DNA of 64,000 bases from the human T2T-CHM13v2.0 reference genome, Homo sapiens: assembly GCF_009914755.1 (NCBI RefSeq), contig NC_060936.1. The stretch is one strand, 5' to 3'. The position numbers were made by a program, and so were the translations under genes. Under the pieces are notes generated by a model, which made no database searches, had not been told where the DNA came from, and saw nothing but the letters and a program-made list of their open reading frames with translations. Shown piece by piece: positions 42,630 to 59,304 of this stretch; position 1 is the first letter of the stretch; each line of letters begins with the position of its first letter.

Positions 42630-45192
42630 TTTAATTTTAATTTTTATGACTATATAGTAGGTATATAAATTTATCAGGTACATGAGATATTTTGAAACAG
42701 GCATACAATGCATAATAATCACATCAGGGTAAATGCGGTATTCATCACCTCAAGCATTTATCATTTCTTTTTGTTACAGACATTCCAATTATATGTTTTT
42801 AGTTATTTTTAAGTGTACAACAAATTACTGTGTAGTAATTACTGTGTAGTAATTTATTGTACACTTAAATGTAGTCACCCTATTGTGCTGAAAAATACTA
42901 GCTCTTATTCGTTCTATCTAACTATATTTTTCTGCTTATTAACTATCCCCACTTCCCAATCACCCCCACTACCATTCTGTCTATCTCCATAAGTTTAATT
43001 GTTTTGATTTTTAGCTCTCACAAATGAGTGAGAAAATGTGAAGTTTGTCTTTCTGTGCCTGGCTTATTTTATTAATACTTAACATATTGTCCTCCAGTTC
43101 CACCCATGTTGTTGCAAATGACAGGATCTCGTTCTTTTTCATGGCCGAATAGAACTCCACTGTGTATATGTACCACATTTTCATTATCCATTTATCTATT
43201 GATGGGCACTTCAGTTGCTTCCAAATCTTGACTATTGTGAATAGTGCTGCAGTAAACATGGGAATGCAGATGTCTCTTTGTTGTAATGATTTTCTTTCTT
43301 TTGGGTGTATACCTAGCAGTAGGATTGCTAGATGATATGATAACTCTATTTTTAGTTTTTTGAGGCATTCCCATACTGTTCTCCATAGTGGCTGTACTAA
43401 TTTACATTCCCACCAACAGTGTACACAAGTTCCCTTTCCTCCACATCCTTACCGGCTTTAGTTCTTTCCTGCCTTTTGGATAAAAGCCATTTTAACTGGG
43501 GTGAGATGATATCTCATTGTAGTTGTGATTTGCATCTCTCTGATGATCAGTGATGTTGAGTACCTTTTCATATACCTGTTTGCCATTTGTATGTCATCTT
43601 TTGAGATATCTCTATTTAGATCTTTTGCCTATTCTAAATTCAAATTTTAGATTTTTTCCTATTGAGTTGTTTGAGCTCCTTATATGCTCTGGTTATTTAT
43701 CTCTTGTCAGATTGATAGCTTGCAAATATTTTCTCCCATTCTGTGGATTCTCTCTTCACTTTGTTGATTGTTTCTTTTGCTGCACAGAAGCTTTTTAACT
43801 TGATGTGTTTCCATTTGTTCATTTTTGCATTGTTTGCCTCTGCCTCTAGGGTGTTACTCAAGAAGTCTTTGCCCAGACCAATTGCCTGGAGAGTTTCTCC
43901 AATGTTTTCTTGTAGTAGTTGCATAGTTCAAAGTCTTAGATTTAAGTCTTGAATCCATTTTGATTTGATTTCTGTGTATAGTGAGAGATAGAGGTCTAGT
44001 TTCATTCTTCTGCATACGGGTATCCAACTTTCCCAGAACATTTATTGAAGAGACCTTTCCCCAGTGTATGTTTGTGTTAGTCCATTATCACACTGCTGTA
44101 AAGAACTGCCCAAGACTGGGAAATTTATAAAGGAAAGAGGTTTAATTGACTCACAGTTCCACATGGCTGGGGATGCCTCAGGAAACTTACAATCATGGTG
44201 GAAGGGAAAGCAAACACGTCTTTCTTCACATGGCAGCACGAAAGAGATGTGCCAAGCAAGGAAAAGCCCCATATAAAACCATCAGATCTTGTGAGAACTC
44301 ATTCAGTATCACAAGAATAGCATGAGGGTAATTGTCCCCATGATTCAATTACCTCCCACCTGGTCCTTCACATGACATGTGGGGATTATGGGAACTACAA
44401 TTCAAGATGAGATTTCGGTGGGGACACAGCCAAACCATATCAATGTTCCTGGCACTTTTGTTGAAAACGAGTTCACTGTAGATGTATGGATTCATTTCTG
44501 GGTTCTCTATTCTGTTCCACTGGTCTATGTTTATGCCAGTACAGTTTTGGTTACTATAGCTTTTGTTACTATGGCTGTCTTGGTTACTATAGTTTTGTAG
44601 TATAATTGAAATTAGGTAGTGTGATTCCTCAAGTGTTTTTCTTTTTGCTCAGGATGGCTTTGGCTACGGGAGGTTTTTTGTGGTTCAGTATAAACTTTAG
44701 GATTATTTATTCTATTTCTGTAAAGAGTATTATTGGTATTTCATAGAGATTGCATTGAATCTGTAGACCGCTTTGGGAAGTCTGGACATTTTAACAATAT
44801 TGATTCTCCCAATCCATGAACATGGAATATCTTTCCATTTTGTTGTATTTTCAGTTTCTTGCATCAGTGTTTTATAGTTTTTATTGTAGAGATCTTTCAC
44901 TTCTTTGGTTAAGTTTATTCCTAGGTATCTTTTTATATTTGTAGCTATTATAAATGGGATTACTTTCTTGATTTCTTTTTCAGATTATGTGCTGTTGGCA
45001 TATAGAAATGTTGATTTTGTATCCTGTAACTTTACTGAATTTGCTTATCTGTTCTAATAGTTTTTTAGTGGCATCATTAGCTTTTTCCAAATATCAGATC
45101 ATATCACCTGTAAACAAGGATAATTTGACTTTTTCTTTCCCAATTTGTACGTTATTTCTTTCTCTTCTCTGATTCCACTATCTAGGACTTCC
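42630..45192 (-). mobile_element. L1MA-type LINE-1 3' portion (about 2.2 kb), interrupted by a THE1 LTR
   Basis: Minus-strand ORFs resemble the ORF2 C-terminus ([36 protein letters not shown]). 12-bp TSD AGTGATCACATT at 42618-42629 and 45193-45204. Confidence 0.88.
44073..44442 (-). mobile_element. THE1 (THE1B-like) MaLR solo LTR nested in L1MA
   Basis: TG...CCAAACCATATCA termini with 5-bp TSD ATGTT (44068-72 and 44443-47). Confidence 0.9.
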
Positions 45193-45484
45193 AGTGATCA
45201 CATTCTTACCATCTAAGATCATCATTGTTAAAGCTAGACTTTCTCTATGTCCCTATATACACATTTTTAAACCAGAAGGAGAGTATGAAATGATATTTTA
45301 CAAAGAGCATTCTAACCTGCTTTTTAAAATCAATAATCTTTATCCTTCCATCTCAGTAGATTTTTGTCTTATCTAATACATACCACATTTCCATTTGTGA
45401 CCCCAAGGAATGTTCCACAGCTGATGTGTCTAGGCAAGATCTGATTTAGGATTACACATTATGTCTGGATGATATGTCCCTTAA

Positions 45485-45957
<473 letters not shown>

Positions 45958-47067
45958 TAAAGGCCTGATGGGTTCAAGTTAAGCACTTTGCAATAGAATA
46001 CATCATTAAGTGTGTTGCTACATCTTATTTAGGCATACCACAACATCTATTTAACCCACCAATGGTGATGCTAAAATTGCTGTCTTTGGGTGATGTGACT
46101 TCGATTTCCTACATTTTATAGTTAAGTCTTCCCTCCTTACAACAGACTATGGATATTTTAAAACCTCTCAAATTTATATTTTATTACACTGGAAATCTAC
46201 TAATTTGGAACTCAGCAACATCTGAGCTATAATTTACTTTTGTTCAGCAAAACTCTTTCTTACAGTAAAAATTAATAATGTAAACTAAAGGGGAATAACA
46301 ATTTTTAAAATGTTTTTAAGCACTTCAGACTAATCAGTTTACATATGTATCATTGACACTGTATTTAATGGAATCTCCTTTTGTTAACTACTACAGCTAA
46401 AACTTTTAATAATTCAACACTTTAATAGACAAGTTTGTCTTTTCTATATATTTAGAGGTGATCTAATGGTTTTAAAAATATTTAATAATTCTCAATTTTT
46501 ATCTGTTTGAGATAACCTTTACCTATCAATATTAGTTTGAATTACTAAAGTGCATTCTCTCTTTCTCTCTCTGTCTCTCTCTCTTTTTCTCTGTATCTCT
46601 CTGAGAAATTGCTGCCAATGTAGAAAATCTCTAATCATTTATAAATAATGGTTTTTGGAGGTCTACTGAAATGTATTTTTAGTAAATCTTACATACTTAA
46701 TTGTGCCTTGTTAGGATCAATGAATGAACATTATGATGAGTTCCATCACTGAACATGACTCCTTCATAAACTTAGTAGGTAAAAATTAATTTCTTGATCA
46801 AGTCCAAGTTAAAAATATTAGATATCAGAACTCTAACGTTTATTGATATTGATGGTAATACAATGAAGAAAATGGCTCAATTGTTAACCAAGTATCTATT
46901 CTTTTATTTCAGCTGAAAATATTTGAATGTAGTATACCAAACAAGGGTTGGACACTTGTGGGTACTCCAGATATTGAATTATGTCTATGGAGAAGGGAAG
47001 GAACTGTGACTGGGGAGGGGGAACTTGGAGAACTTCTGAAATATCAGTAACATTAAAAGGAACATAA

Positions 47068-47370
<303 letters not shown>

Positions 47371-47974
47371 CGTATATGTTTTGTACTTTTCTGTAAGTAT
47401 GGCATATTTTATATTTAAAAAAGAAAAAGCATGGAATTAGTAAAATGATAGATATATGCCTTAAATATGTTTAATCTAAAGCTCACCAATATACTTGTAC
47501 CTGCCAATCTTTTAATATTATGATTTATCTTTTTGTTCTTTGTTTTTACTATGCATTATATACTTTTAATGATTTATCTGTTGTACAGAGTTCAGAGTAA
47601 TCTTTCTTTACACAAATCACTTTCGTTGTGTATCATTTATAATTTCTAGTTTTGAGGGTTTTTTCATGAAGAAAAAATATTCTGGACATGTACAACGTTT
47701 TCACAATCTTGCACAGTTGTTATACCTTTGCCTCACCTAATAGCAATTTTGTTTACTCCTGAGTCTTTCCAACAATTTTTTAGACTTATTTTATCAGTTT
47801 ATTTCATAGGTAATTAAATTATAGTTATAAATATAAATGGCACAAATATTGTACAGTCTGTTCTTGGAGGCATACAGATGAATTGTTGGAGCAGAAATGT
47901 AGAGGAGTATTAGAGAGCACCTACTGGCTGTGTGTGTTCACATTGCCTTTGGCATTGGTCACTATGCTTTAGAG

Positions 47975-48190
47975 CAAGGGTGGATAAACATTTTCTGTAA
48001 GGGGCCAGATGGTAAATATTTTAGGGTTTGTGAGCCCATATTGTCTGTGTCACAGCTACTCAACTCTAGTGCAAAAGTAGCCATAGATAATAAGTAAGCA
48101 AACGGGTGTGGTTGTATTGCAGTCAGACTTTCTTTACCTTACCAAGCTGCGGGCTGGATTTGGCTCATAGGCTCTAGTTTGCGGATCCTG
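47975..48190 (-). mobile_element. MER58A hAT MITE
   Basis: ttttctgtaaggggccagatggtaaatattttagg...gggctggatttggc...tagtttgc. Confidence 0.8.
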
Positions 48191-49492
48191 ATTTATAAAA
48201 TGAAGCAAGTGTTAGTTAACCTGGAGTATCACTTAAAACAGAAGACTTTTAAGAGTGCTTCTCCTCTGTCTCTGAAGAAAGTCCTAAATAAATTTTAATT
48301 TGTAAAATAACAATCTCTTAGCTTGGAATCAAGTGGGAAGTGGAATACACTGTTAATTTCACAACAAATAAGGACTTTTATTATGTCATGCTAAAGAATA
48401 AATATAAATTGTAAGAATAAATATATTGCAAATATTGGCCAAAGGAAGTTTAATTGGTTGGGAGAATAAAGGTATCATTGTAGAGGAAAATAGATTGTAG
48501 TGTTTGTAAATAATAGTTTAAATATCAGTGATAATTATTATCCCCAATATTAAGTGCAAAAGAGCCTATAACTTATTATCCTGTAAGAATTAGGATGTGT
48601 TACAACTAGAAGAAAAATCATAACAGGCAACAAATATTTGTAATTGAATGCTGAGAGTTCCAAAAGATTATGATTTGCTAAGAGAAAAGAATTAGAGTAC
48701 AAGTCTTAATGCTAGGATCCTCTGATCTATAATCAGATTCAACACACTGAAAATATGGAATTCTTAAAGCAACTGGTTTTAAAATTGCATTACTGATAAT
48801 GTAGCCTCTTCCAGTTCAGTTCCACACCTTCAAAATGTATTCAGAGAAACTCAGTCCTCAACAATAAAATTCTATCCGTGCTTTCTCCCAGAGCACCTGC
48901 CCAGTAATAATAAAGTATTTGTCATCCTTGCAGTACAGTTTCATGGTCTCCAGTTTCTCCCTATAAACATTTGCAGGTTGGTTGAAAGCGTGAAAGATAA
49001 ATCTTTGTTATTATAATTATGGAATATTGCCAAGGAATAATCCCCTACTCCAGCCAGTTTTCTTCATAGAGATTATCTGTCACATGTGTTTTATTGGCCA
49101 TTTATGCAGAATAAGATTGAAATTAGATTACATCATATATTGCCTGCCATCCTTTTTTATCTTTTCTGAATAATCAGCTACGTTAAAGCTTTTAGCCTTA
49201 TCTTTTTTGTGTCTTGGGACATGTGTTTAATTAAAAAGCAACTTATTCAGAGTTCAGAGTTTTCTTAGTTTGACTTTTCCCCCATATAACGGTATTAAGA
49301 TTTGTCCATGAAAACCTGTCCCATTGTAGTACTGTATTCCCCATTAGACATGAACTCCTATTAGGAAGATTATGGAGAGATCATGTTAAATGGGTTAGGA
49401 TATTGTAGAGATAATGTAAACTGATTTAGGCATGGTTTTATCCCTTTGTGATAGAAAGGGTATTTAAAAACTGAAATGAGTTGGATGACTGA

Positions 49493-50482
<990 letters not shown>

Positions 50483-50579
50483 TAAAGTTCTTTTCAGTGG
50501 AGGTTCCAGGAGTCTTTGCTTAAAGGAAGCTGCACCAATCTGGTTTCCTCCTGCAGTATGGGCTGTTCTTTCTCTTTTC

Positions 50580-51770
<1,191 letters not shown>

Positions 51771-52521
51771 GTTTGGTTTGCTCATTCTCTCTCCTCTCTC
51801 ATTATTTGATTCAGGCTGGTTACAGAGATTTTAGCCTGGGAAAAATGAGTAGCAGCTCCTCTGAAGGAAATGATTGTCCATTGCTATATGGGTGGGTGAT
51901 GTGTTAGGCAGCAAATAATCTATTTGGCCTACTCATTGGCTGAGGCACATGCAACTCACTCCTCCTATTTGCTACTTTGTACCCATCCCTATCACACAGA
52001 TGTGCCATTTTGATCTTTTCATTGCTCAAGAGAAAACTCAAAACAACTTTTTCTAAATGCTTGGTTACAGTTCTTAAAACAACAAGAAGAGTTAAATTGT
52101 CAGCTAGCTCTCTGTGGACCTTCAGGAACCCAGATATGAAAACTCGTGTGTAAAAGTTGCCTGTAGAAGTTTAGACATCTGGTTCAGTCCTGCAAGATGC
52201 CTGTCTCTCACAAAATGTGTTTGTGGTATCTAGGGTGAAATTCTGTATAGTTAGGAAAATAGAGAAGGTCAAAGAGGTAGTTATGCAGAAGAAATCCACT
52301 TTCTTCATTTGACTACTATGTAAAAGCTCTGAACTTTTCTATTTCTGGTCCTTTATAATTCACTTTGCTTAGGTTGCACTATTTTGCAAGAAGCCTCAAA
52401 ATAAGGAGTGGATAGAGTCTATACCCAATATCCATGGCTTTAGAATGACCAAAGCCAGGCTTCTTTAAACCCAGAGATAAGACCCAGGACATGAGATCAC
52501 AGAAGTCTCTCAAACAGAGAC

Positions 52522-52615
52522 CAGAGTATAGAAATGAAGGTAGAATAATTCTGCAGAAGAGAATTCTGCAGAGTATAGAAATGAAGGTAGAATAATTCTG
52601 CCGAAGAGAGTAATT
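52522..52615. repeat. 47-bp tandem duplication (2 copies)
   Basis: cagagtatagaaatgaaggtagaataattctgc(a/c)gaagag at 52522 and 52569. Confidence 0.9.
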
Positions 52616-52945
52616 CCTTTCCATTCTCACGACAACTGCTGAATTCTGGAGTCACATGGGAGCCTGGGGCTGCCCTCCAGTTACTCCAGTGCAACCCTGG
52701 TGAACGACTGTGGCTGCTACTGTTCTTGAAACATGAATGTCAGACTTGTTTCCCATACAGTTCCACTATGGTAACTCCTGTTTTAGGAGCAAACTTCTAC
52801 CCCACTAGGGCTCATATCATGGAGTTATGCCAAAAAATAAAAGATATTCCTTCTGAACAGCTGTGATCCAGTTATACCTAACATTACACATTATACTCAC
52901 CATGTTATTTCAGCCAACTCTCAGCATTTGTCACAGTCCTCCATA

Positions 52946-53182
52946 CAGATGGTCCTCAACTTACACTGGTTCAACTTACAGTTTTTCAGCTTTACAATTG
53001 ATTTATCTGGACGTAACCCCACTGCAAATAGAGGAGCATCTAGACTTACAATGGCTCAACTTGCAACTTTTCGACTTTACAATAAGTTTATTGGGGCATT
53101 AAATGCATTTTTAATTTATAGTATTTTCCACTTAACAACAGGTTTATTGGGATGTAACCCATTGTAAGTTGAGGAGCGTCTG
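52946..53182. mobile_element. MER8 (Tigger2-derived) MITE
   Basis: TA-CAGATGGTCCTCAACTTAC...GTAAGTTGAGGAGCGTCTG-TA TIRs with TA TSD and an internal repeated acttaca motif. Confidence 0.8.
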
Positions 53183-54827
53183 TACTTGGATTTCATCTTC
53201 ATTTTGATACTATTTGCAACCCTTTTGCCTAAGAAAATTAGCCTACTGTGATGATTTAGACTAATATCTATTGGAATCTGTCTTGACAGGTTTTCAGATA
53301 TTTTAAAAATATACATATGCCCTTCTGTTTCCAACAGCCTTTTCTTCTCCAATTTTAATCCATAATTTTATGTATCTGTTCAGAATTTTTCATCCATCAG
53401 AACATTGCTTTGTTTTCATGAAATCTTGTATTGGTTTCTTATGTATTTTCATCACTAAATGCACTTGGGCTATAACTCAGCTCTTTGTGCAGAGGCTGGC
53501 TTTTCATATTGTCATTAATAATTCATGAGCTCCATAGAATTACTCTAAACCTTTTTAACCAAGTATCTTGAATCTTAGCAGATCCAGTGTCATTTCAGTT
53601 TCTAGTTTAGAAAAAAAAAAAGATTCAGTGACTAGCCTTGCTGTCTCAGGAGACCTTGAATAAGAATTTCCTTTTTTCTGTATCTTGTTTCTAGTTCAAG
53701 ATGCCTGAAAAACCTAGAGTGTAGAAATGCTGCCTATCAGAAGTAACAAAATTAAGCCAATTAAGTGATCTTATAGACTGACAAGCACCATAGGGGTCAG
53801 AGAAGGAAATTTCCTATCAAAACTCTTCACAGAAGCCTCCTAAGGGTAGCACTCAAAGCTCAGAAGACACCTGGGGAGGCTCCTCTATCAGTTAGTAAGC
53901 CACATGCACGCTCCTCCCAGCCTAGGAGGAAGCCACGATGAAATTGTCTCTTGTTGGGCCCAGACCTGCAGAATCCAACTGACTGCACTGGGTATGGAAA
54001 CATGCACCGATGCTTTTGTAGTCTTCATATTTATTTCCCCAAAGAAGCTACACTTAAAATTTTGAGGCGTGAGCTAAGTCTCGGAATAATGAAAATTTAG
54101 TATGTATTTTTCAGAGCTCCAAGTCAATCTGGTGGTTGGGATTAGATTGCTTTCTCTTTTTTTTCTGCCTTTTCCTTCTCTCTGTCTTTCTCTTTTAAGT
54201 TGTTTAAGAGATTTGGGGGTTTTTGTGGGAGGTGGAGGCTTTTCTCCTGATTTCATTCCTCTTGATTTCAATTTTTTAAGTCCCGTTGGAATCAATACTC
54301 ATAAAATAGAACAGCTTGTCTCATCTGCTGCATTATAATCCAGTAGAATCTATCTTCTTTCAGAATAGTGAGATGTTTTTAAACACTGGTACATCTAAAA
54401 AAAAAGGTCATTTCCTTTACAAATTTGTGTTTTCATTAACGCAAATTTCCTATCTTTCTTGAAAGATAGAATAATTTTTCAGGCCCTCTGATATGTATAA
54501 AACCGCTACACAGAACCATTATAGATTTTGAAAAGCAAGAGGAATACAAGAGGACTTTGTTCATCTGGGACTAGAATTTCTAAATTAACCAAAATGAATC
54601 ATTCTCTATATTTGAGTGCAGCTGATTCCACTGGAAATGTATTAATGATGAGACTGATTGCTGCATTTCACAATTGTATTTTGCTTGTATTTGTAATTAT
54701 GGTGTCACAGCTACTTTCTGTTTTTTTAAATCAAGTCATCTTTAATCAAGTCCTTTTTTCTGCTTGGGGAAATAGCACCCCCAAAAGACATGGTTGCAGG
54801 CCCATTTACTTGATGATTGTTTTAGGG

Positions 54828-55374
<547 letters not shown>

Positions 55375-56319
55375 GATTTTAGAATATCTTTACATAAAAA
55401 TTTCAAATTTAATAATTCTGAAATTGGAGGGTAAAGGTTAGAATTAAATAGGTTAGTTGTAAGGACCAACCTATTTAATTTAATTCCAAGGGTGGAATTA
55501 AGCAGGTTCTAAAGACAGGTCAGTGAAGACAGATCCAATGGTTCACATCCTGGTAGATACATCCTTTGTACAAAAGTTGCTTTCTTTGCGACTCCTCCAC
55601 TATTTTAACAGCAAACCAACGGACAGCTTATGTTCAAATTCCTTGTGGATGGAGATAGTTTATTTACTATGTTCCAATCTTTATATGCCTAGAGCCTAGC
55701 ATATTCCCTGGCACTTAATCCATGGCCAATTAGTGAGTTGAATTGAATCAAACTGAATTGATTGAACTTCACTGGAACAATATAGGGAAAGGACCTGGTT
55801 TTGTAACTTTAAAGTCACTTCTTTCCTCTTTAAGTGATTTATACTGCTTTTATGTACAAATTGAAAATGAACCTGTCAGTAATTGATTACTAATTTCCAG
55901 TATTATGCTTTTTTTCAAGTCATATTCTCTTAAAATGCAACATGAAAAAATACAAATGCAAATTAAAGATAATGAAGATTCAAGAATCTCAAAGCTGTTA
56001 TATTCCTAGGAATACTAAATGAAATTCTATCTCCAATAAGCAGACTTTGGCAATCATTTATTATTTAAGAATTTTATTCTGGGGATAAGAGGGAAGGCAT
56101 TCCTAGACTATTTTGGCAGATTCTAACCTGTTCTTCTCACTTCTAAAAGTTTATTCTTGATCTTCAATAAAAATATGCAAATTCAAAATATTGTAGTTAG
56201 TGTATTTGCAACCTACACAGATTTCAATAAATGATTGTATCAGTATCAGTATTGCACAAATAAAACTTGAATGCTATTTTTCATTCTTTTCTTTTGGTAT
56301 TTGATTTTGCCTCTTTTAT

Positions 56320-57698
56320 GTTTTAACAGCTTTATGGAGATACAATTCACATACTACACAGTTCACCCATTATAAATCTACAGCTGTCTTTCAGTATACT
56401 GAGAGTTGTATATCCATCACCACAATCAATTTTAGAATATTTTCATTATCCCACAAAGAAATCCTGCATCTCTCAGCCATCACCCCCAACTTCTTCCCTC
56501 TTCTTAGCCCTCATTAACCACAATCTACTTTTTGTCTCTATAGATTTATCTCTTCTGAACATTTCGTGTCAATAAAATCATATGTGGTCTTTTGTGACTT
56601 GCTTCTTTCACTTAGAATAATGTTTTCAAAGTTTCATCCATGTTATGGCATGTATCAGTTCTTCCTTCCTTTTTGTGGCTGAATAATATTTAATGATATG
56701 GCTATACCATATTTTATTTATTAGTTTGTAGACATTTAGATTGTTTTTACCTTTTAGCTATTATGCATAATACTGCTATAAACATTTGTGTGCACATTTT
56801 TAGGTGGAAATATGTTTTCATTTCTCTTAGATATATATCTAGGAGCAGATTTGCTGAGTCATATGGTAACTCTATGTTTAACTTTTGAGAAACTACCACA
56901 TTGCTTTCCAAAGTGACTCTACCATTTTACATTCCCACCAGCAGTGTATGAGGGCTCCAATTTCTCCACATCCTCTCCAACACTTGCTATTGTCTGTCTT
57001 ATTGATTGCAGCCATCCTAGTGGGTGTGAAGTGGTATCTCATTGTGGTTTTGACTTGCATTTCTCCGATTATCATTAGTATTTCCCAGTGATATTAAGCA
57101 TCTCCTCATGTGCTTGTTGACCATTTGTATGTCGTCTTTGAAGACATGTCTATTCAGATTCATTGCCCATTTTAAAATTAGACTTTGTCTTTTTATTATT
57201 GAGTTGTAAGAGTTCTTTATATATTCTAGATATAAGTACCTAATAAGATACGTGATTTGCAAAAATTTCTTCCCATTCTGTGGGTTCTCTTTTCACTCTC
57301 TTGATAGTGTCTATTTTTTTTTTTCTTTTTTTCACATGGAGTCTTGCTCTGTAGCCCAAGCTGGAGTGCAGTGGCACTATCTTGGCTCACTGCAGCCTTC
57401 AACTCCCAGGTTCAGGCAATTCTTGTGGCTCAGCCTCCTGAGTAGCTGAGACTATAGGTGCGTGCCACCATGCCTGGCTAATTTTTTGTATTTTAGTAGA
57501 GACGGGGGGTCTTCAATTTTGATGAATCTAATTTATTTTTTCATCTGTTGCTTGTACTTTTGATGTCATATCCAAGAAACCAGTGCCTAATCCAATGTCA
57601 TGAAAGCTTACCCCCATGTTTCCTTCTGAGAGTTTTATAGCTGTAGGTCTCACATTTTTGTCTTTGATCAATTTTGCATTCATTTTTGTATGTGGTGT
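56320..57698 (-). mobile_element. L1MB-like LINE-1 3' portion, ending just upstream of SRGAP1 exon 7
   Basis: Antisense L1M 3' end (ttttaacagctttatggagatacaattcacatac). ORF2-like minus ORF ([29 protein letters not shown]). L1-like sequence continues to ...tttttgtatgtggtgt. Confidence 0.85.
57314..57509 (-). mobile_element. Partial Alu (right arm and linker) inside L1MB
   Basis: Poly-T plus antisense right arm, ending at gagacggggg. Confidence 0.85.
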
Positions 57699-57714
57699 TC
57701 TTTTACTTTTTAAG

Positions 57715-57936
57715 TGCTGTGATCTTGGCTACCATGCAAGTCTGAACAGAGCCCTAAGAACATATCTGTCTGCGGAGTACAACCTTGAAACCTCCAGACA
57801 TGAGGGCTTAGACATTATTGAGAATGCAGTTGATAATTTAGAGCCCAGGAGCGATAAGCAGAGATTCATGGAGATGTACCCTGCTGCGTTCTGTCCACCA
57901 ATGAAGTTTGAGTTTCAGTCTCACATGGGTGATGAG
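57715..57936 (+). CDS. SRGAP1: SRGAP1 coding exon (probably exon 7), 222 nt, CCDLGYHASLNRALRTYLSAEY...FCPPMKFEFQSHMGDE
   Basis: ttttactttttaAG acceptor and GAG|GTCAGT donor. Lies inside ORF 57616..57948. CCDLGYH and FCPPMKFEFQ motifs are typical of srGAPs. Confidence 0.96.
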
Positions 57937-59304
57937 GTCAGTAATTGATCATTTTTAAAATAATGAATTGTCTCTTCACTTATATTTCTCCTCACTTGCT
58001 ATAATCTAACAGTTGTAATAATTCCCAGTTGTTTTCTCTCTCCTGTCCTTGCAGAGGCTCTTAATATAATGCTAAGATTAGTCGCTACCGCCTTTTAAAG
58101 CAAACGTCAAACACTCAAATACCCACAGAGGCCAAACAGATAAAAGGTGCAGATTTGCCTTGCACTAAGCTGTCCCAGAATAGAAAGTTTTTGTTCCACC
58201 TCAAGACATTTTAATTTAATGAAAATGAAGGCATTTTGCTGGTCTGATAGAATCTGTCTGATGGCTTCTGATAATCCTGATTTAAAGATTCTCATAAAGA
58301 AAAGTAATTGTATGTGGCAGGAAAATGGAAGAAGGAAAAAAAAGTACAAAACTTTTTTTAAAATTCAAGTTGGCTCCAAAGCTATAAAATGAGCCTTAGA
58401 AATTATGACTGTTTTAGATCCTTTATATAAATTCAGCTTTCTATGTTATTTTACCAAAAAAAATGCATTTAAACTGATTATGAGTTACAGTTGTTTATAT
58501 TATTGTCTACAGACAGGAGAAAACAAAAAAAGCCAACTTAGGGAGCATGCTATATAGCACTTGTTGTCTCAGCTGTGCAAAACAAAACTCATAGATAAAA
58601 ACTCAGTCTTAACTTATTATGGTGACAGTCTGTTTTTCCAAATGTAATTATAAGATCATGAAAAGATTTCTTTAATGCTATGTTTTTTTCTGAAACACCA
58701 AGTATTAAGACATGTAAAATATATACATGTTTTTATATATATTTTATATATATATACACATATAATGTACCTGCTGTATTTCTAATTGGATTTTATGTGT
58801 GTTTGATAGAAATGGTATTTAAGCCAAACACACATGGATTTTGACAAGCAAGATGAGTAGCTTATCCCATCTTTCCAAAACCAAATGGTTGCTGTTTTAA
58901 TTTTTCAGCTGTGGATATGTTAAGCATGGCATGTTAACATATCACAGACAAATGACATCAGTTGTATTTTAATGGTTTAATTGTTTTAATAAAGTAAGTT
59001 GGTTGCCCTTTTTTTATGGCCAGTTCTGCTAAGGAGCAGTGGTAATCTCTCTAATGTTTTGGAAACTCTATAAAAGGAACCCCCATGAGCCAAGAGCATT
59101 TCTAAAACAAGGCAGATAAGAAGAAATTGTTTGTTTCTGGTGCAGTTTTAATAATGCTCTAATTTTGAACTTATCCATAATTGAGATCATGGCCAAATAT
59201 CTTCTATCAAAACCTAAGATAAGTGACTTCTTGAAGTTCATGGTGAATCACGTGACTTGGCTGATATTGGTTAGGGAAGCCATATTTGAAAGATGCTAAA
59301 GTAG

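Noticed and set aside
52522-53182. CRISPR-like or regularly spaced repeat array
   Set aside because: There is only a 2-copy duplication plus the internal repeats of MER8. No repeat-spacer periodicity is present, and the context is eukaryotic.
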